Assembly (NCBI GenBank): GCA_964016885.1
Contig: OZ024740.1
Coordinates: 149,730,001 to 149,794,000 of the forward strand
From: Eledone cirrhosa
Lineage: Eukaryota
Direction of reading: 5' to 3'
Length of the DNA: 64,000 nt
This document shows positions 24,141 through 37,477 of this stretch, one piece after another. A program made the translations under genes and the position numbers. The stretch's first letter is position 1; the number at the start of each line of letters is the position of its first letter. Below the pieces are notes generated by a model, which saw nothing but the letters and a program-made list of their open reading frames with translations, had not been told where the DNA came from and searched no databases.

Positions 24141-25570
24141 AAAAGTTGGTGTTCATCAGGGCTCCGTCCTTAGCCCCCTCCTATTTATTATCGCCCTCCA
24201 AGCTATAACGGAGGAGTTCAAGACCGGCTGCCCATGGGAACTTCTATACGCAGATGATCTAACGCTCATAGCTGAATCAATGGCTGAACTAGAGAAGAAA
24301 TTCCAAACATGGAAGCATGGCCTAGAATTAAAGGGCCTTAAAATTAACTTGTCTAAGACTAAAGTTCTAATATGTAGGAAGGAGAATAGGGCACTGGGCC
24401 CATCTGAGAAATGGCCATGCTCAGTGTGTAGGAAACGAGTAGGCAGAAACTCAATTTTATGTCCCAAATGCAAAGTATGGGTGCATAAAAGATGTAGTGG
24501 GATCACAGATAAGCTAACTAAGAATATAGATTTTATATGTGGCCGGTGCTCTGGTGCAATAAGTAGCAGCAAATGCCCACAGAATACTAGCTCATTCCAT
24601 TGCCCAGATGGTTCTATAGAAATAGTGGACACCTTCCGTTACCTGGGTGACAAAATCAGCAGTGGTGGAGGGTGCTCTGAAAGTACTGTAGCTAGAGTCA
24701 GAATGGGATGGAAAAAGTTCAGAGAGCTTATACCACTATTAGCCGCTAAAGGGTTCTCCCTAAAAATGAAAGGCAGGCTGTATGATGCCTGCATACGAGC
24801 AGCGATGTTACATGGCAGTGAGACTTGGGCATTGTGTGCAGAGGATCTACACAGACTGGAGAGGAACGAAGCTTGCATACTCCGTTGGATGTGTAATAGT
24901 AATATACGCAAATGGCAAAGCATAAATGAATTAAGTGAAAAATTAGGAATAAGAGGGATCAGATGCTGTTTACTCGAGAGAAGACTACGTTGGTATGGTC
25001 ACATGATGCGCATGAAAGACGACAGCTGTATAAAAAGTGCAGGGCGATAAAAATAGACGGTAGCTACGGAGTAGGCAGACTCAGAAAAACCTGGGACGAC
25101 TTGATAAATTCCGACCTCACACACTTACACCTCTCCAAGACAATGTCACTGGACCGAGATCTTTGGCGCTACGCAGTAATACAGAAGACCCGCCTTGCCT
25201 AAGTACAAAGCGAAACTTACAGTCAGTAGGCACCTCTTAACCAAAATACATCCCCGTCCCACTACCCCTACCCCCACCGCCATCTTTCGATGTTAAGCTA
25301 TGTTGGTACCACAACATCCAGTCCTAAATAAATGAGGTTGTGTAGGTGTCACGACAAAAAAACACACAGTCCACGCTGTAATGTGGCCGTGTAGGTAACA
25401 CGGTAAAAACCTCCCAGTCCACACTGTAAACGTGGTTGGTGTTAGGAAGGGCATCCAGCCGTAGAAAACCCGCCAGACAGTCCTGAGCAAGACAACCAAT
25501 CTTGCCTCAAACGGGACAATTCCCGCCCAGACCCATGCTAACGTGGAAGATGGACGTTAAACGATGATGA
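24141..25570 (+). mobile_element. 5'-truncated RTE LINE (RT, PHD-like finger, 3' UTR)
   Basis: VHQGSVLSPLLF, YADD, ORF 24280-25050, (GAT)n tail; atatatatataaaa duplicated on both flanks. Confidence 0.93.
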
Positions 25571-25654
25571 TATATATATATAAAACTTTGATAAATTTGA
25601 TAGGTTTCAGCCAGTATTGGCCCAGCCCATGTCTTACTTAATAGCACCACTTGA

Positions 25655-26000
25655 CATCATCATCATCATCATCATCATTTTACGTCCACTTTTCCCTGCT
25701 TGCAAGGGTGGGATGGGAACTGATTCTAGCTTGATTTCTACAGCTGGATGCCCTTCCTAACACCAACCTCATTTACAGTGAGTGCTGGGTGCTTTTTTGC
25801 CGTGGCACCTACACGACCACTTTGCAGTGGAATGATATGGACCCCAGTCCCTATCATCTCATTTCTACAGCTGAGTAAACTGGAGCAATGTGAAATAAAG
25901 TGTCTTGCTCAAGGAAACAACACATCACCCGGTCTGAGAATTGAACTCACAACCTTTCGATTGCAAGCCCAATGCTCTAACCACTAAGCCATGTGCCTTC
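25655..26000 (-). mobile_element. RTE-tail module abutting a CORE-type SINE
   Basis: (atc)n plus tail module at 25655-25830; gtgtcttgctcaaggaaacaa core and ctctaaccactaagcc head at 25830-26000. Confidence 0.75.
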
Positions 26001-26740
26001 ATTAGCAATTACCCAGTACATTACTGGTACTTTATTTTATCGACATGTATATATAATAATAATAATAATTAGTGAACAAAGAATCAGTGTTGCATCATAT
26101 ATATATTTAATCACATTTTACATATGTTTTACTGCTGATCAGCTTGAGGAATGACCGATTATGTTCGTTCCTGACTCTGGAATCAAAAGCTCCTCAGATA
26201 TGTACTTTCACATGTAGACTCACGTCCAAATGTTGCTGAATATATATAGATAGATAGATGTTACTATTCAATAAAACTTTTTCTGGTGTTTGAAGGGAGC
26301 TGGAGAAACAGAGATTACAGACTGTAAATAATATTAATAGATAAATATATTCAGTCTTATTAGATCTGTCCTTCAACATTTGGTGTTAACATTCCGATCG
26401 ATATGTCACAATTCATAATATGTAACCTACGGACATTTAGAATGTATACAATTTATATCTTCCACATATAATTTATATGATTTTTATTTTATTGCAAATT
26501 ATGGGGAAATATATATAATTTCATAAGTTGAGAAGAAATAGATGTGTCTGTATTAACATATCTATTTTGACAGGCTAGATGGATAAAGAGATGAATGGTT
26601 GTTTTGATGAATTGATGTCAGAGGTTGCAGTGGAAAAAGATATCAAAGAGTGTGAGAAATATATATATATGAGAGAGAGAGAGACAGATAGAGACAGACA
26701 GACAGACAGAATATGATTATTGTTATAACTCTTTTTTCAG

Positions 26741-26857
26741 ATTTGTGTGAAAGGTGTCAATGTGACAGGTGGTTATTTCAAGCTTCCTGAGAAAACAGCA
26801 GAAGTATTTGATAGTGATGGCTGGCTTCATACACAAGATATTGGCATGTTCTTACCC
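26741..26857 (+). CDS. ACSL: ACSL exon ([39 protein letters not shown])
   Basis: ttttcag/gtaagc, 117 nt; DGWLHTxDIG FACS signature. Confidence 0.95.
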
Positions 26858-27210
26858 GTAAGCAATTCTTGACTAAATCACTCAATAAAACATATATATT
26901 ATATTACATTCATCTATACATCTATACATATATACATACACTCTTATATTCACACACACACACACAAATATATATATATATATATTCAAAAGTATTAAAT
27001 GAAAATCAATCTCCTTTCATTAAAAAAATACTTTTTAATCACTTACAATTGTTTCTTGCATTACAAACTGTGAGATGTACTCAATTAACCAAATTCATCT
27101 CTTAACTCCTATTTTGCATGATATAAACATTGAGCAACCGCTTCTTGCTGAGGCTAGCAAATACACTCTATAAGTCTGTTTCTACATTTGATAGAAATAT
27201 ATATATATAT

Positions 27211-28217
27211 ATAAAGTTAGTCCTTCATCAGTGATCTTCCAACCATCATTGGTATTTCATCGCTTTAAAGACCATATACCTCCAGTTGGTGCGAGCAACG
27301 GCTAAAAAAAGTCGCACCGAACTTATATTCATGGAAATTTGGGACTTGACTCCTTCTTCCTCACTTTTCGTTGCTTCACCATCTTTGTTTGTTTACACTC
27401 TCGTGTCCCCTTTATTTACGTGTCCCAACGACTTTTTTTAGCCGTTGCTCACACCAACCGGAGGTATATGGTCTTTAAAGCGATGAAATACCAATGATGG
27501 TTGGAAGATCACTGATGAAGGACTAACTTTATTCATATGTAACCCATTAGCAACCACGCAGCACGTTTATTCTCATATTTACACATATTTTTTCCCCCGC
27601 TGTGACCCGTCTATTTCGTTCTTACTGCTTCCTCTTTCTCTGTATCTTTACCCTCTCTAACAGTGACTCTCTCTGTTAGCCTCTTCCTCACCCTTCACTC
27701 ACTCACTCTCTGTTACTACCTCTCCTCCTCCTCCTTCTTCTCGTTTGACCTGTGCGTAATTCTTTTCTTTCGCACCCTTGGTCAGGCAGGTTCGCTTATT
27801 TTTCTCTCTCTCGTCTATGATTTCACAGAACTTATGTTCACCGAATTCACAGACTAGATTCCTTCTTCCTCCCGTTAGACCTGTACGGAATTCCTTCCTT
27901 GCTCACATTCCAACCAGATTTGATGGTCTTTATTCTTTCTCGTTCACGATTTCACCGAACTTATATTCATGGAAATTTGGGACTTGACTCCTTCTTCCTC
28001 ATTTTTCGTTACTTCACCATCTTTGTTTGTTTACATTCTCGTGTCCCCTTTATTTACGTGTCCCAATGACTTTTTTTTAGCCGTTGCTCACACCAACCGG
28101 AGGTATATGGTCTTTAAAGCGATGAAATACCAATGATGGTTGGAAGATCACTGATGAAGGACTAACTTTATTCATATGTAACCCATTAGCAACCACGCAG
28201 CACGTTTATTCTCATAT
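27211..28217 (+). mobile_element. Penelope-like pLTR structure: about 265-bp direct repeats with an upstream inverted partial copy
   Basis: 27315-27578 repeated at 27953-28217; 27211-27314 is the reverse complement of about 27429-27532; flanked by (TA)n; each repeat contains ctgatgaagg. Confidence 0.65.
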
Positions 28218-28620
28218 ATATATATATATACTTGGATTTGGAGGCCTCTGTTGTATATATATATACACACCTGTATGGATTTGTGTGTGTAGATGTGTGT
28301 GTGTGTCTGAGAGGGTAGATGTGTGTGTATGTACAAGTCAACCAACATAAGTCTTTTTATTTCTAAAATGTCTAAACTTTCTAAGTATCTGACTCTAACC
28401 ATAATTTTCAGTATTACTACCCCACATTAATTCCTCAATTTGTATGTGTGGATGTGTGTGTCTGTGGGGGTGGGTGTGAGTGTATGTGCAAGTCAACCAA
28501 CATAAGTCTTTTTATATGTAAATTTTCTAGTATTCTACTCTAACCATAATTTTCAGTAGTACCACTCCACATAAATTCCTCAATTTAAGAATGACCTGTA
28601 GTATCGAATTTCATACTATA

Positions 28621-28716
28621 AACCTCAATTGAATATATATCTGACCAGGAATGCTTTTTGTGAAAATCAACCTCAATTGAATATATATCTGACCAGGAAT
28701 GCTTTTTGTGAAAATC
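28621..28716. repeat. Perfect 48-bp tandem duplication
   Basis: aacctcaattgaatatatatctgaccaggaatgctttttgtgaaaatc x2. Confidence 0.9.
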
Positions 28717-28994
28717 AGTCATATGGAACTATTGTCATCTTGCCTAATGGTTTGAACTTTACAACACCACCTGCCTCTTTGAGGTCAAATACCAACCCTA
28801 CTAGCATCTACAAACTGACCAATGAGAATTAAGACTATTCCTGCTGACAACATTAAATTATTCCTAACAAGCTCATATGTCCCAAGGCTCTGATACCATT
28901 AACACCATAAACACAGAGCTGGCATATCTAAGAACTGACTAACTGCTTGATGAGGTCATAGCCAATTGACTTATGTTTCATCACTATATATATA

Positions 28995-29780
28995 TGTATA
29001 TATCATGTAAACAACGCAAATCTTGTGTACATAAGAGGTGTAGTGTGATAACAGGCAGACTAACACAAAAGGAAGACTTTGTTTGGAATAGATGCACAGG
29101 GATAGCTGGTAGTAAGAGTGTCAAAAGATATAAACCTTTTCTAATCCCATTAGGGATCCATAGAAATGGATGATAGCTTCTGTTACCTAAGTTACCCAAT
29201 TAACAATGGAGGAGGGTGCTCCAAGACCATTGTAGCTAGCATAAGGATAGATTGGAAGAAGTTTAGGGAGCTACCCTCTCTGTTGACAACAAAAGATTTC
29301 TTCCTACAAACGAAAGGACACCTGTGTGCAAAGTGCAATTCTGCAGAGTAAGGAAACATAGGCAGAGGATATGTGTTGGCTAGACAGAAATGAAGCAGGC
29401 ATGCTTCGATAGATGTGCAATGTTAATGTGACAGAATGGCAGAGCTTGGATGAACTGAGAAAAACTGGATTTAAGAAGAATCAGAAGTAGTGTGCAAGGG
29501 AGAAGACTGCATTAATATGGACATGTGATGTGCATGGATGCTGATTGCTAGGTGAAGAAGTGCCAAAAAATCCCAGTAGAAGGAAGCCCCAATAGAAGAG
29601 GAAGACCAAAGAAGACTTGGACGGGGGTGGTGGGAGTTGATCTCAAATTGCTGACACTCAAAGAGGAGATGACAAAGTAACATGACAAATGGAGAGATGC
29701 TATGCTGAAAAGGACCTGTCCAGCCCATTTAAGCATGGAAAAGCAACTGTAAAAACAATGATGTTGATGATGATGATATT
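28995..29780 (+). mobile_element. Degraded RTE LINE 3' fragment
   Basis: HKRCS, GGGCS..I.WKKFREL, RGRPKKTW remnants and (GAT)n tail. Confidence 0.8.
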
Positions 29781-30637
29781 CAGTTGAGTCTAATGCTTGT
29801 GGAAGGATAAAATGCACCCAGTCCACTCTGTAAAGTGGAAACCATGTCCATACGGAAAAGTATGTGTGATGTATTCCTTGGCTTGTCTGGGAGTATAGTT
29901 GTTCTGAATAATTACTAACTTGGTCATTAACACCCCATCCAACCCATTCTAGCATAGAAAAATGGATTATATATATATATATATAGGGAGAGGATAGAGA
30001 TACACACCCCCACACCCCCACACACACATATATATATATATATCTATATATCTATACAGCATGGCCAAATACTTAAGAAGTTTGTTTTACAATCATTAAG
30101 TTCTACATTTGATCCCACAATATGGGATTTTTGCAATTGCCTTTTAACATAGCCATGCAAGTAAAATCGAGTAGATGGAAACTGATTGGAAGCCTTTCAT
30201 ATTGATGGCATCTGAATAGAATTTACAATTTTTACTTTCTTATATGGTTAAAATTCTCAGAAATAAGGAATGTTAACATATTTATAAATATCATTTTCCT
30301 ATAGAAATATTGCAATGTTTAAAGCAGAGGATGTAATACTGCCATCTTACATAAAAAACATCACAACAAATTGAATGTACAATTATTTGGCCTATTGCAT
30401 CTTTTTTGACAGTTCAAGTTAAATGGACAAAATTTGTGCATTTGCAGTTCAAGGTTTTGTATATTAAATCTACTGCTTTTCTAATGACTTTATTGCTGTC
30501 AAATATTTTTATTGTAATTACATAATGCACAAGACTCCTAAGTTATGTGAAGTGAAGCAAAGAAAAAATATTCCCAATATTATGGTGTATTATGGTCTTT
30601 ATTGAAAGCTCTCTCACAATACAAAAAATCTTATGGA

Positions 30638-30960
30638 TGGCTTAGTGGTTAGAGCGTTGACCTGACAATTGCGAAGTTGTGAGTTTGATTCTCGGATTGG
30701 GTTTACATTGTGTTCTTGAGCAAGACACTTATTTTACATTGTTCCAGTTCACTCAGCTATAAAAGTGAGATGTGACATCACTGGTGTCAAGCTGTATCCT
30801 CCTTTGCCTTTCCCATGGACAACATCGGTGGTGTGGAGAGGGGTGACTGGTATGTATGGGCGACTGCAGCTGGTCTTCCACAAACAATCTTGCCCTTAGA
30901 GGGGAACTTTCTAGGTGCAAATCCCATGGTCATTTGTGACCAAAGGAGTTCTTTTTCTTT
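30638..30960 (+). mobile_element. CORE-type tRNA SINE (family B)
   Basis: tggcttagtggttagagcgtt head, tgtgttcttgagcaagacactt CORE-like motif; another copy at about 32600-32860. Confidence 0.8.
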
Positions 30961-31196
30961 AAAAGAAGCTTTAAAACTTCCAATACTTCATCATTTACAA
31001 ACAACATATCCAATAAAGTGTTGAAATGTCTATGAACATTGAAGAACAACTAGTTGAAGACTGAAAACAGGTAATTTCTCAATTGGGGTTGATGATTCCA
31101 TAGTCGATAACAAGGAGCCTTTCTAACAGCAATTTGAAGACCGGGGAAATCAGTTAAATCAAAAAAATTTCATTAAGCTCCATCACTTTTCTCCAC

Positions 31197-31237
<41 letters not shown>

Positions 31238-31766
31238 CTGCTCTAATTTCTCAGCTCGTGCTTTACACTCTCTTTCTTCCATTATCTTCCTCTCTCCATT
31301 CTTCTGCTCAATATGTGGTTATATTTTAACTCAACTTTATGCTATGCACATAACAATCAACTGTTCACAGCTACCTCCACACTGAGATTCCTACACTTTT
31401 ATGAAAATACAAAGTTAAACATTTTTTTATATCACATGTTTGTCTTTAGGGGGTGATTTGAAAATGGTGATGATTAAAAAAGGTTGAGAACCATTGCAGC
31501 ACAATCAATAAAAACCAATAGTTTATAGACATGAGTACACATATGTGCATATGCAGTTAAATTACACATAAATGAATAAATATATCTAATGTTATATGCT
31601 CACATTTAAACCCACTTGTATAAATATATACAAATATACATTTATGCTCATAATTACATATATACATTAAGGTGATGCACACACAAATAGAAAAGTTCAT
31701 ATATGTACACATAAACATATGGATTCACTAATATTATATTTCTGTTTTTATTTTTTATTTTTTTAG

Positions 31767-31820
31767 AATGGGACATTAAAAATCATTGATCGGAAAAAGA
31801 ATATATTTAAACTTTCACAG
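31767..31820 (+). CDS. ACSL: ACSL exon (NGTLKIIDRKKNIFKLSQ)
   Basis: ttttag/gtaggt, 54 nt; hinge motif IIDRKK. Confidence 0.96.
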
Positions 31821-33118
31821 GTAGGTTCAGATTAATTAATGCCTGAATAATCATATATTACAGGTGAGTAAACAAAATCACTAACAGCCATTCAAAGTGT
31901 TACGCATTCTTCTTTTCCTCAAAAATAGACTTTTTTTGTGTTACATTTTTTTATGTTACATTTCTGGTAATACAATCTCTTAATTCTTCTATCATTTATT
32001 TACATTTATAGTTATAAACTCTACTTATATATGTATAAGATTATGAAATTTTCATTGTCATTATTTTTAATGCTATATGTATATATTCTCATAGTTATTT
32101 GTAATCATGGTAAGAATGAGTAAAAGAGTGCTTTTCTAATGATGTCTAAAAATACCAAGACTTGTTTGAAGATCCTGTGAGTGCACAGGTGAAACTCCAG
32201 AGTAACAAGACTCACCACAAAGCCCCAATAAATACAGTGTACCCCTGGCATTCACGGCCCCGGCATTCGCAGTCCTGGTTATCCTTAGAACCTAACTAAT
32301 AATTGCTTGTGGAAACCACTGCATATTCGCAGAATCATTAATATCTTCCGTGATTTTTTTATGGCTTTTTCGTGGCAATATATATTTTGCACTATAACAT
32401 TGAAAACGTCATATTGATATTTAATACATAATGATTGCTTCTAATTAAATAGTTGAATTTCCACAGTGGTCAGCTATTAATAATGCTCGTAATAATTTGT
32501 CTTTTCATTAAGGCTGAAATTTTAATTAACAAATTTGATGGGCTCACTACAGTAAGTATTTCAACCCTCTTCCTTTCCCTCTGAGGTAATAATTGCGAAG
32601 GGGCCTAGTGATTAGAGTGTTGGATCTACGATTGTAATGAATTGGGTTCGATTGTTCAACCGATTGACATGTTGTGCTCTTGATGCAAAACACTTCGTTT
32701 CACATCGCTCCAGTCAACTCAGCTGACAAGGAGTACCAGCATTAGCAGGTGTGAGAGGGGAGGGAGGGAAACCATGTGATGGATGATTTTCAGGTCCAGG
32801 AGAAAGACTTGTACTCTCAGTTGCTTATCACCCATAAAACCCAATTTAGCTTGATGAGCCTGGGTCAGATGTTTCAACTTAAGTAACAGTATGAATAAGT
32901 TATAAAATATGAGTTTATCTATGTTTCTGTATCAAAAACATTACTCATGTGAGAAACAACAAATATGACTTTCTTTAGTAAATAACTATAAAATTAAGTA
33001 TAGTGTTTATGGTGAGTATTGCACTTTGTAATAATAGGTGTGAATAAAGGTTTTGTTCAAAGTGGACTTGATTATTTAACAAATAATCTACTAATATTTA
33101 CATATTTTGTTATTTTAG

Positions 33119-33208
33119 GGAGAATATGTTGCACCTGAAAAGATTGAAAATATCTACTTACTATGTCCATTAATAGCTCACATTTTTGTTTCTGGAGAGA
33201 GTTTAGAG
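33119..33208 (+). CDS. ACSL: ACSL exon ([30 protein letters not shown])
   Basis: ttttag/gtaagt, 90 nt; [11 protein letters not shown] motif. Confidence 0.96.
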
Positions 33209-33234
33209 GTAAGTTCTTTTTATAAAGACTATTG

Positions 33235-33540
33235 ATTTCTACTTTAGGCACAAGACCAGCAATTTTTTTTATAAGAATAATGTCAGTTAAATCAACCCCA
33301 GTAGTTCACTGGTTCTTTATTTTTTCATCCCCTGAAGGATGAAAAGCAAAGTTGACTTCAATAGGATTTGAAGAATAATGTCAGTTAAATCAACCCCAGT
33401 AGTTCACTGGTTCTTTATTTTTTCATCCCCTGAAGGATGAAAAGCAAAGTTGACTTCAATAGGATTTGAACTCAGAACATAAAGAGCAAGAACAAATGCC
33501 ACAGAACATTTATCTGATGCTCTAGAGATTCTACTAATCC
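33235..33540 (-). mobile_element. Family A SINE with internal 98-bp tandem duplication
   Basis: 33273-33370 repeated exactly from 33371. Confidence 0.8.
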
Positions 33541-33972
33541 GTAGATAACTCATCCTAACAAGTATGCATTCCAGTGCCACGGACAAGATGACTCGTCCTA
33601 ACATGTTTGAACTCATTTCCAACAATTCATAACCCCAAAACTAGATGGAGTTACTAGTTTATTGATGTGACATTTGTCAATCAAAATAGTAATTTTACTA
33701 AAAAAAAATCTGGCACAGCAACTGGAGCTGTGTAAAATATACATGGCTTTCAACAGGTTAATATTTTCTGGTAAAACATCATAAAACATAAGTATTATGC
33801 ATAATCTGCAAAATGAATATGCCACTATTATTTGATTCCCAGCTGAAGTAAATTCACTTCTTTTAAGTTACTAATACACTTGTTAAAGTAGAATCTAAAG
33901 TCCTTTTTCACTATAAATTTGTGCCTTTCTCTGATTTCATATATCAATTATTACAATATTCTATTTTTTCAG

Positions 33973-34074
33973 TCATACATTGTTGCCATCATTGTTCCAA
34001 ATGAAGAGAATTTACTAGAACATGCAAAATCAAAGGGAATAGCGGGGTCATTCGAAGAACTCTGTGAGAACAAG
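33973..34074 (+). CDS. ACSL: ACSL exon (SYIVAIIVPNEENLLEHAKSKGIAGSFEELCENK)
   Basis: ttttcag/gtaaat, 102 nt; GSFEELC motif. Confidence 0.94.
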
Positions 34075-34314
34075 GTAAATTAATTTTCTAATTTGAAACC
34101 CAGTTGATTACTGTATTACATGTCAAGTTCCACATGGTTCTGTACTTGAGTTAATCTCATTATTTCGTTATCTACTCCTCTATGAATGTGTTGAATGTCA
34201 GCTAATTAATTGTAGCCAGTTAAGTTCACACTATGTGCAAATGACCATCCACAGCCAATCTTTTATATACAAAACTATGTTTTAGCTTATTCTCATCTCA
34301 GTACTGATTCAGTA

Positions 34315-34361
34315 AATGTCACAGGTGAAGGATAAAAATCCAGAAACGGCTGTCTGGCATT
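34315..34361 (+). ncRNA. Degenerate type I hammerhead motif
   Basis: stem I aatgtca/tggcatt; core caggtga (2 changes from ctgatga); stem II ggat-aaaa-atcc; gaaac ggct gtc. Confidence 0.55.
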
Positions 34362-35356
34362 CTCACACACTTCTGAGATAGCTGTGGTATAATCACAGCT
34401 TAAAATATTCATAGCGAGACTTTCATAAGTTTATTATACATAAACATATATATGCTTTCATATGCACCCTATTATGCATACATACATACACTAATAATGT
34501 ATTGAGTATCTTTTTTAACTGTGGTCACATCCCAATGCCCATCAAAAATCCACCCATAATTTTATATGGAAAATCCCGGTGGAAGGAAGACACAGTAGAG
34601 GAAGACCACAAAACACATGGGAAGAGGAGATGACGAAGGACCGTGACGAATGGAGAGATATTGTGCTGAAGAGGACCCGTCCTACCCTTGGAAGCAAGGA
34701 AAAGCGGATGTAAAATGATGATGATGATGATGATGCTATATATATATATATATATACCATCAAAGCCATGCTAGTGTGGAAAAATGGACCTTAAACAGTG
34801 ATAATGATGATGATATATAAGTTGTGTGCTGAATAGCCAAAGTGTAGGATATATCTGCATAAATACAAAATAGAGGTAACTGAGAGTGCAATTGTGTATA
34901 TGAATTTCCATATTTTTGGTATGTAGACATGTAAACATGCTAAATATATGTATTTCTTTGTAGATTGGAAAGAATGATAAAAACCCTTTAATCAATTTTG
35001 GGATTTAGTTGGGTCCTTCATTAGAAGGGGTGTATATCAGCCATACAACCGCAAGGAAATACAATGAATAATTACAATTCAACTATAAGCATAATATAAT
35101 TGACTGTTGTTTTGTAAGCTTAACATGAGTGTTGTTTGAAGATGGATGACATGCGAAATATGCATTATATGAGGAATAAAGTATTCCAGTGGAGACACTA
35201 TCATCCAGTAGATTACAAAATCCATTCAAACTCAACTGTATTTTCTAAAATATACTGTTAATTATATAAAGAAAACGAACTAAATTGTACTCTACACTTA
35301 TTCTAAAGTTTTATCTCTTTCTATTTTTCTCTTTTTTTTTTTTTTTTCATAACTAG

Positions 35357-35428
35357 GAAATAAAGAGCATCATTTTGAATGATATTCAAGAAATAGGTAA
35401 AAAATATGATTTGAAAGGTTTTGAACAG
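35357..35428 (+). CDS. ACSL: ACSL exon (EIKSIILNDIQEIGKKYDLKGFEQ)
   Basis: poly-T..tag/gtatgt, 72 nt; LKGFEQ motif. Confidence 0.93.
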
Positions 35429-36481
35429 GTATGTACCCTACAGGCTAATAGCTATAACACATTCCACAAAATTCAGTGAGCTGAATCCACAAAGTGGTTT
35501 CAATTTCTTGTGAAGCAATTTTTTTTTTAATAGGCTACTAATGCTATTGAAAAAGGACATATAGATATCACATCTCTTCTAACCATATAAGAACCAGTTT
35601 CAGTTTCCATGAAACAGGTTCACTTCACTTAAATTGGTAATGTTTCTGGAAAATACATCACAGAAGCTCTGTCATACACCCATAACATCATACTTATACT
35701 TATCATCCTTCTTATATCTACCCTGTCACCCCCATAGAGGGGGCTCTTCAATTGATTCAAATACCAAAACCTCCCTAGTACTTGTGACAGGGAGAATGCA
35801 CTCAGTACACCCTGTAAGATTGTTGGTGAGAGAAAAGGCATCCTACTGAAGAAACCATGTGAAAAAAGGGTTAAGAGGACACTTCAGTTGTGGCACAGGC
35901 ACAGCAATCTCTCTTGTGTTGGTGGCTTACACAATACATGCATCCTGTTCATTCTGTAAAGTGGTTGATGATAGGAAGGTCACCCAATTTTATAAAACCT
36001 GCCAAACAAATAGTCATGGGATTTTTCAGTGATGTCAAAAACTTGACAGCCTCCATAGTGATTTACACAATAAATGCTCCCAGTGCATTCTGTAAAGTGG
36101 TTGGTAATAGGAGGGGCATCCAGCCATAGAAAACTTGATAAACAAAGGGTCGGGGTTATTCTTCAGTTGTGTCAAAACAGTGTTGATCATCTACAGAATA
36201 ACTGCACCCAGTACACTATGTAAAGTGGTTGAGGATAGGAAGAGCAGGGCATGAAGCTGTAGAAAACCTGCCAAAGTTCATTTAATTTATATCATTTTAT
36301 TTGTTTTAGAAAATATATAAATATCCCATAGCCCCTCCAAACTAGCATGGCTAGTTTCAACTCCCACTTAAAGCCATTTTCATTTAAGTTACATTACTAT
36401 TAATGACCACTTTTCTTCATATCTTCACTAACATTCTAACCATATAAAAAAGAAATCAATATTGATTGTTCTCTGTTTCAG

Positions 36482-36625
36482 GTAAAGGCTATTTCCCTCT
36501 CATCAGTTCCATTTGGCATTGAAAATGGTCTCATTTCATCAACACTGAAGAATAAGCGATTCCAATTACAGAAATATTTTCAACAACAAATTTCAGATAT
36601 GTACAAAACCAGCAATGGTTCTTAG
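36482..36625 (+). CDS. ACSL: ACSL terminal coding exon (VKAISLSSVPFGIENGLISSTLKNKRFQLQKYFQQQISDMYKTSNGS*)
   Basis: tttcag acceptor; ENGL..TLK..R motif with the catalytic Lys; TAG stop at 36623-36625. Confidence 0.94.
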   Translation, partial: VKAISLSSVPFGIENGLISSTLKNKRFQLQKYFQQQISDMYKTSNGS

Positions 36626-37477
36626 GCAAATTTTTCTGGTCTAAGAATCATTATAGCTACATTTAATCTATTTGTTGTATCATTTTACCACACCTTTTCT
36701 AAATATAATTTCTGCAAATTTACACTAACCTAAAAATTTACACTAACCTACTGTGATGAATGTTAAAGCAAGTTATAAATTCCCAGAAAGCCAAACCCAT
36801 AAGCAGCTTTTGATTATTAGTTGATACAATCCCCCTTACCTTTCACAATTAATAAGGTCATGAAAGGTGTGGAAATTCCACAGTTTTATTTATCTCCCCT
36901 ACATAGCATACTATTAGTAATTTTCTTCTTGGAAACAAAGCCTAAAAGGGAATTCATGTGACATAGGGCATGAATCAATTGAATCAATATAAGTAAATTA
37001 CTTGTGATGATGGTGGTGAGTCCCAGAAACCATTGTGTCATAGGAATGTAACTGGCACAAATCAATTCAGTGGTGCCTAGCACTCTCTAATTACTGGTAA
37101 TTGCAACTAAAAGCAATCAGTTTTTAGTAACTAAACAATTTCAAACACATCGGGAAAGGTGTGATTACACAGTTAACAGGAAAATATATCAAGATATCTC
37201 TTTGAAAAGTTTTCTTTCATATAATTGTCATTATTTAGTTCTTCAGTTAAAAGCTGTTATAATTCAAGAAGTATTTTTATAATTTTCTAGATGTATTTTT
37301 ATAACTTTCAAATTGTATTTTTATAACTTTCAAAATGTATTTTCTATACGTTTTCTCTGGAGATTAAAGTTATTGTTTTATAATTAACTTCAACAATAGA
37401 CTATTGCTTTCTTGTTCTTATTTGACTGTTGATTTTATATAAGATTACATATTAAAATTATATGGTAATTATATGTG

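Noticed and set aside
26120-26210. Minus-strand hammerhead (ctgaggag..gaac)
   Set aside because: GAAA incomplete and no convincing stem I
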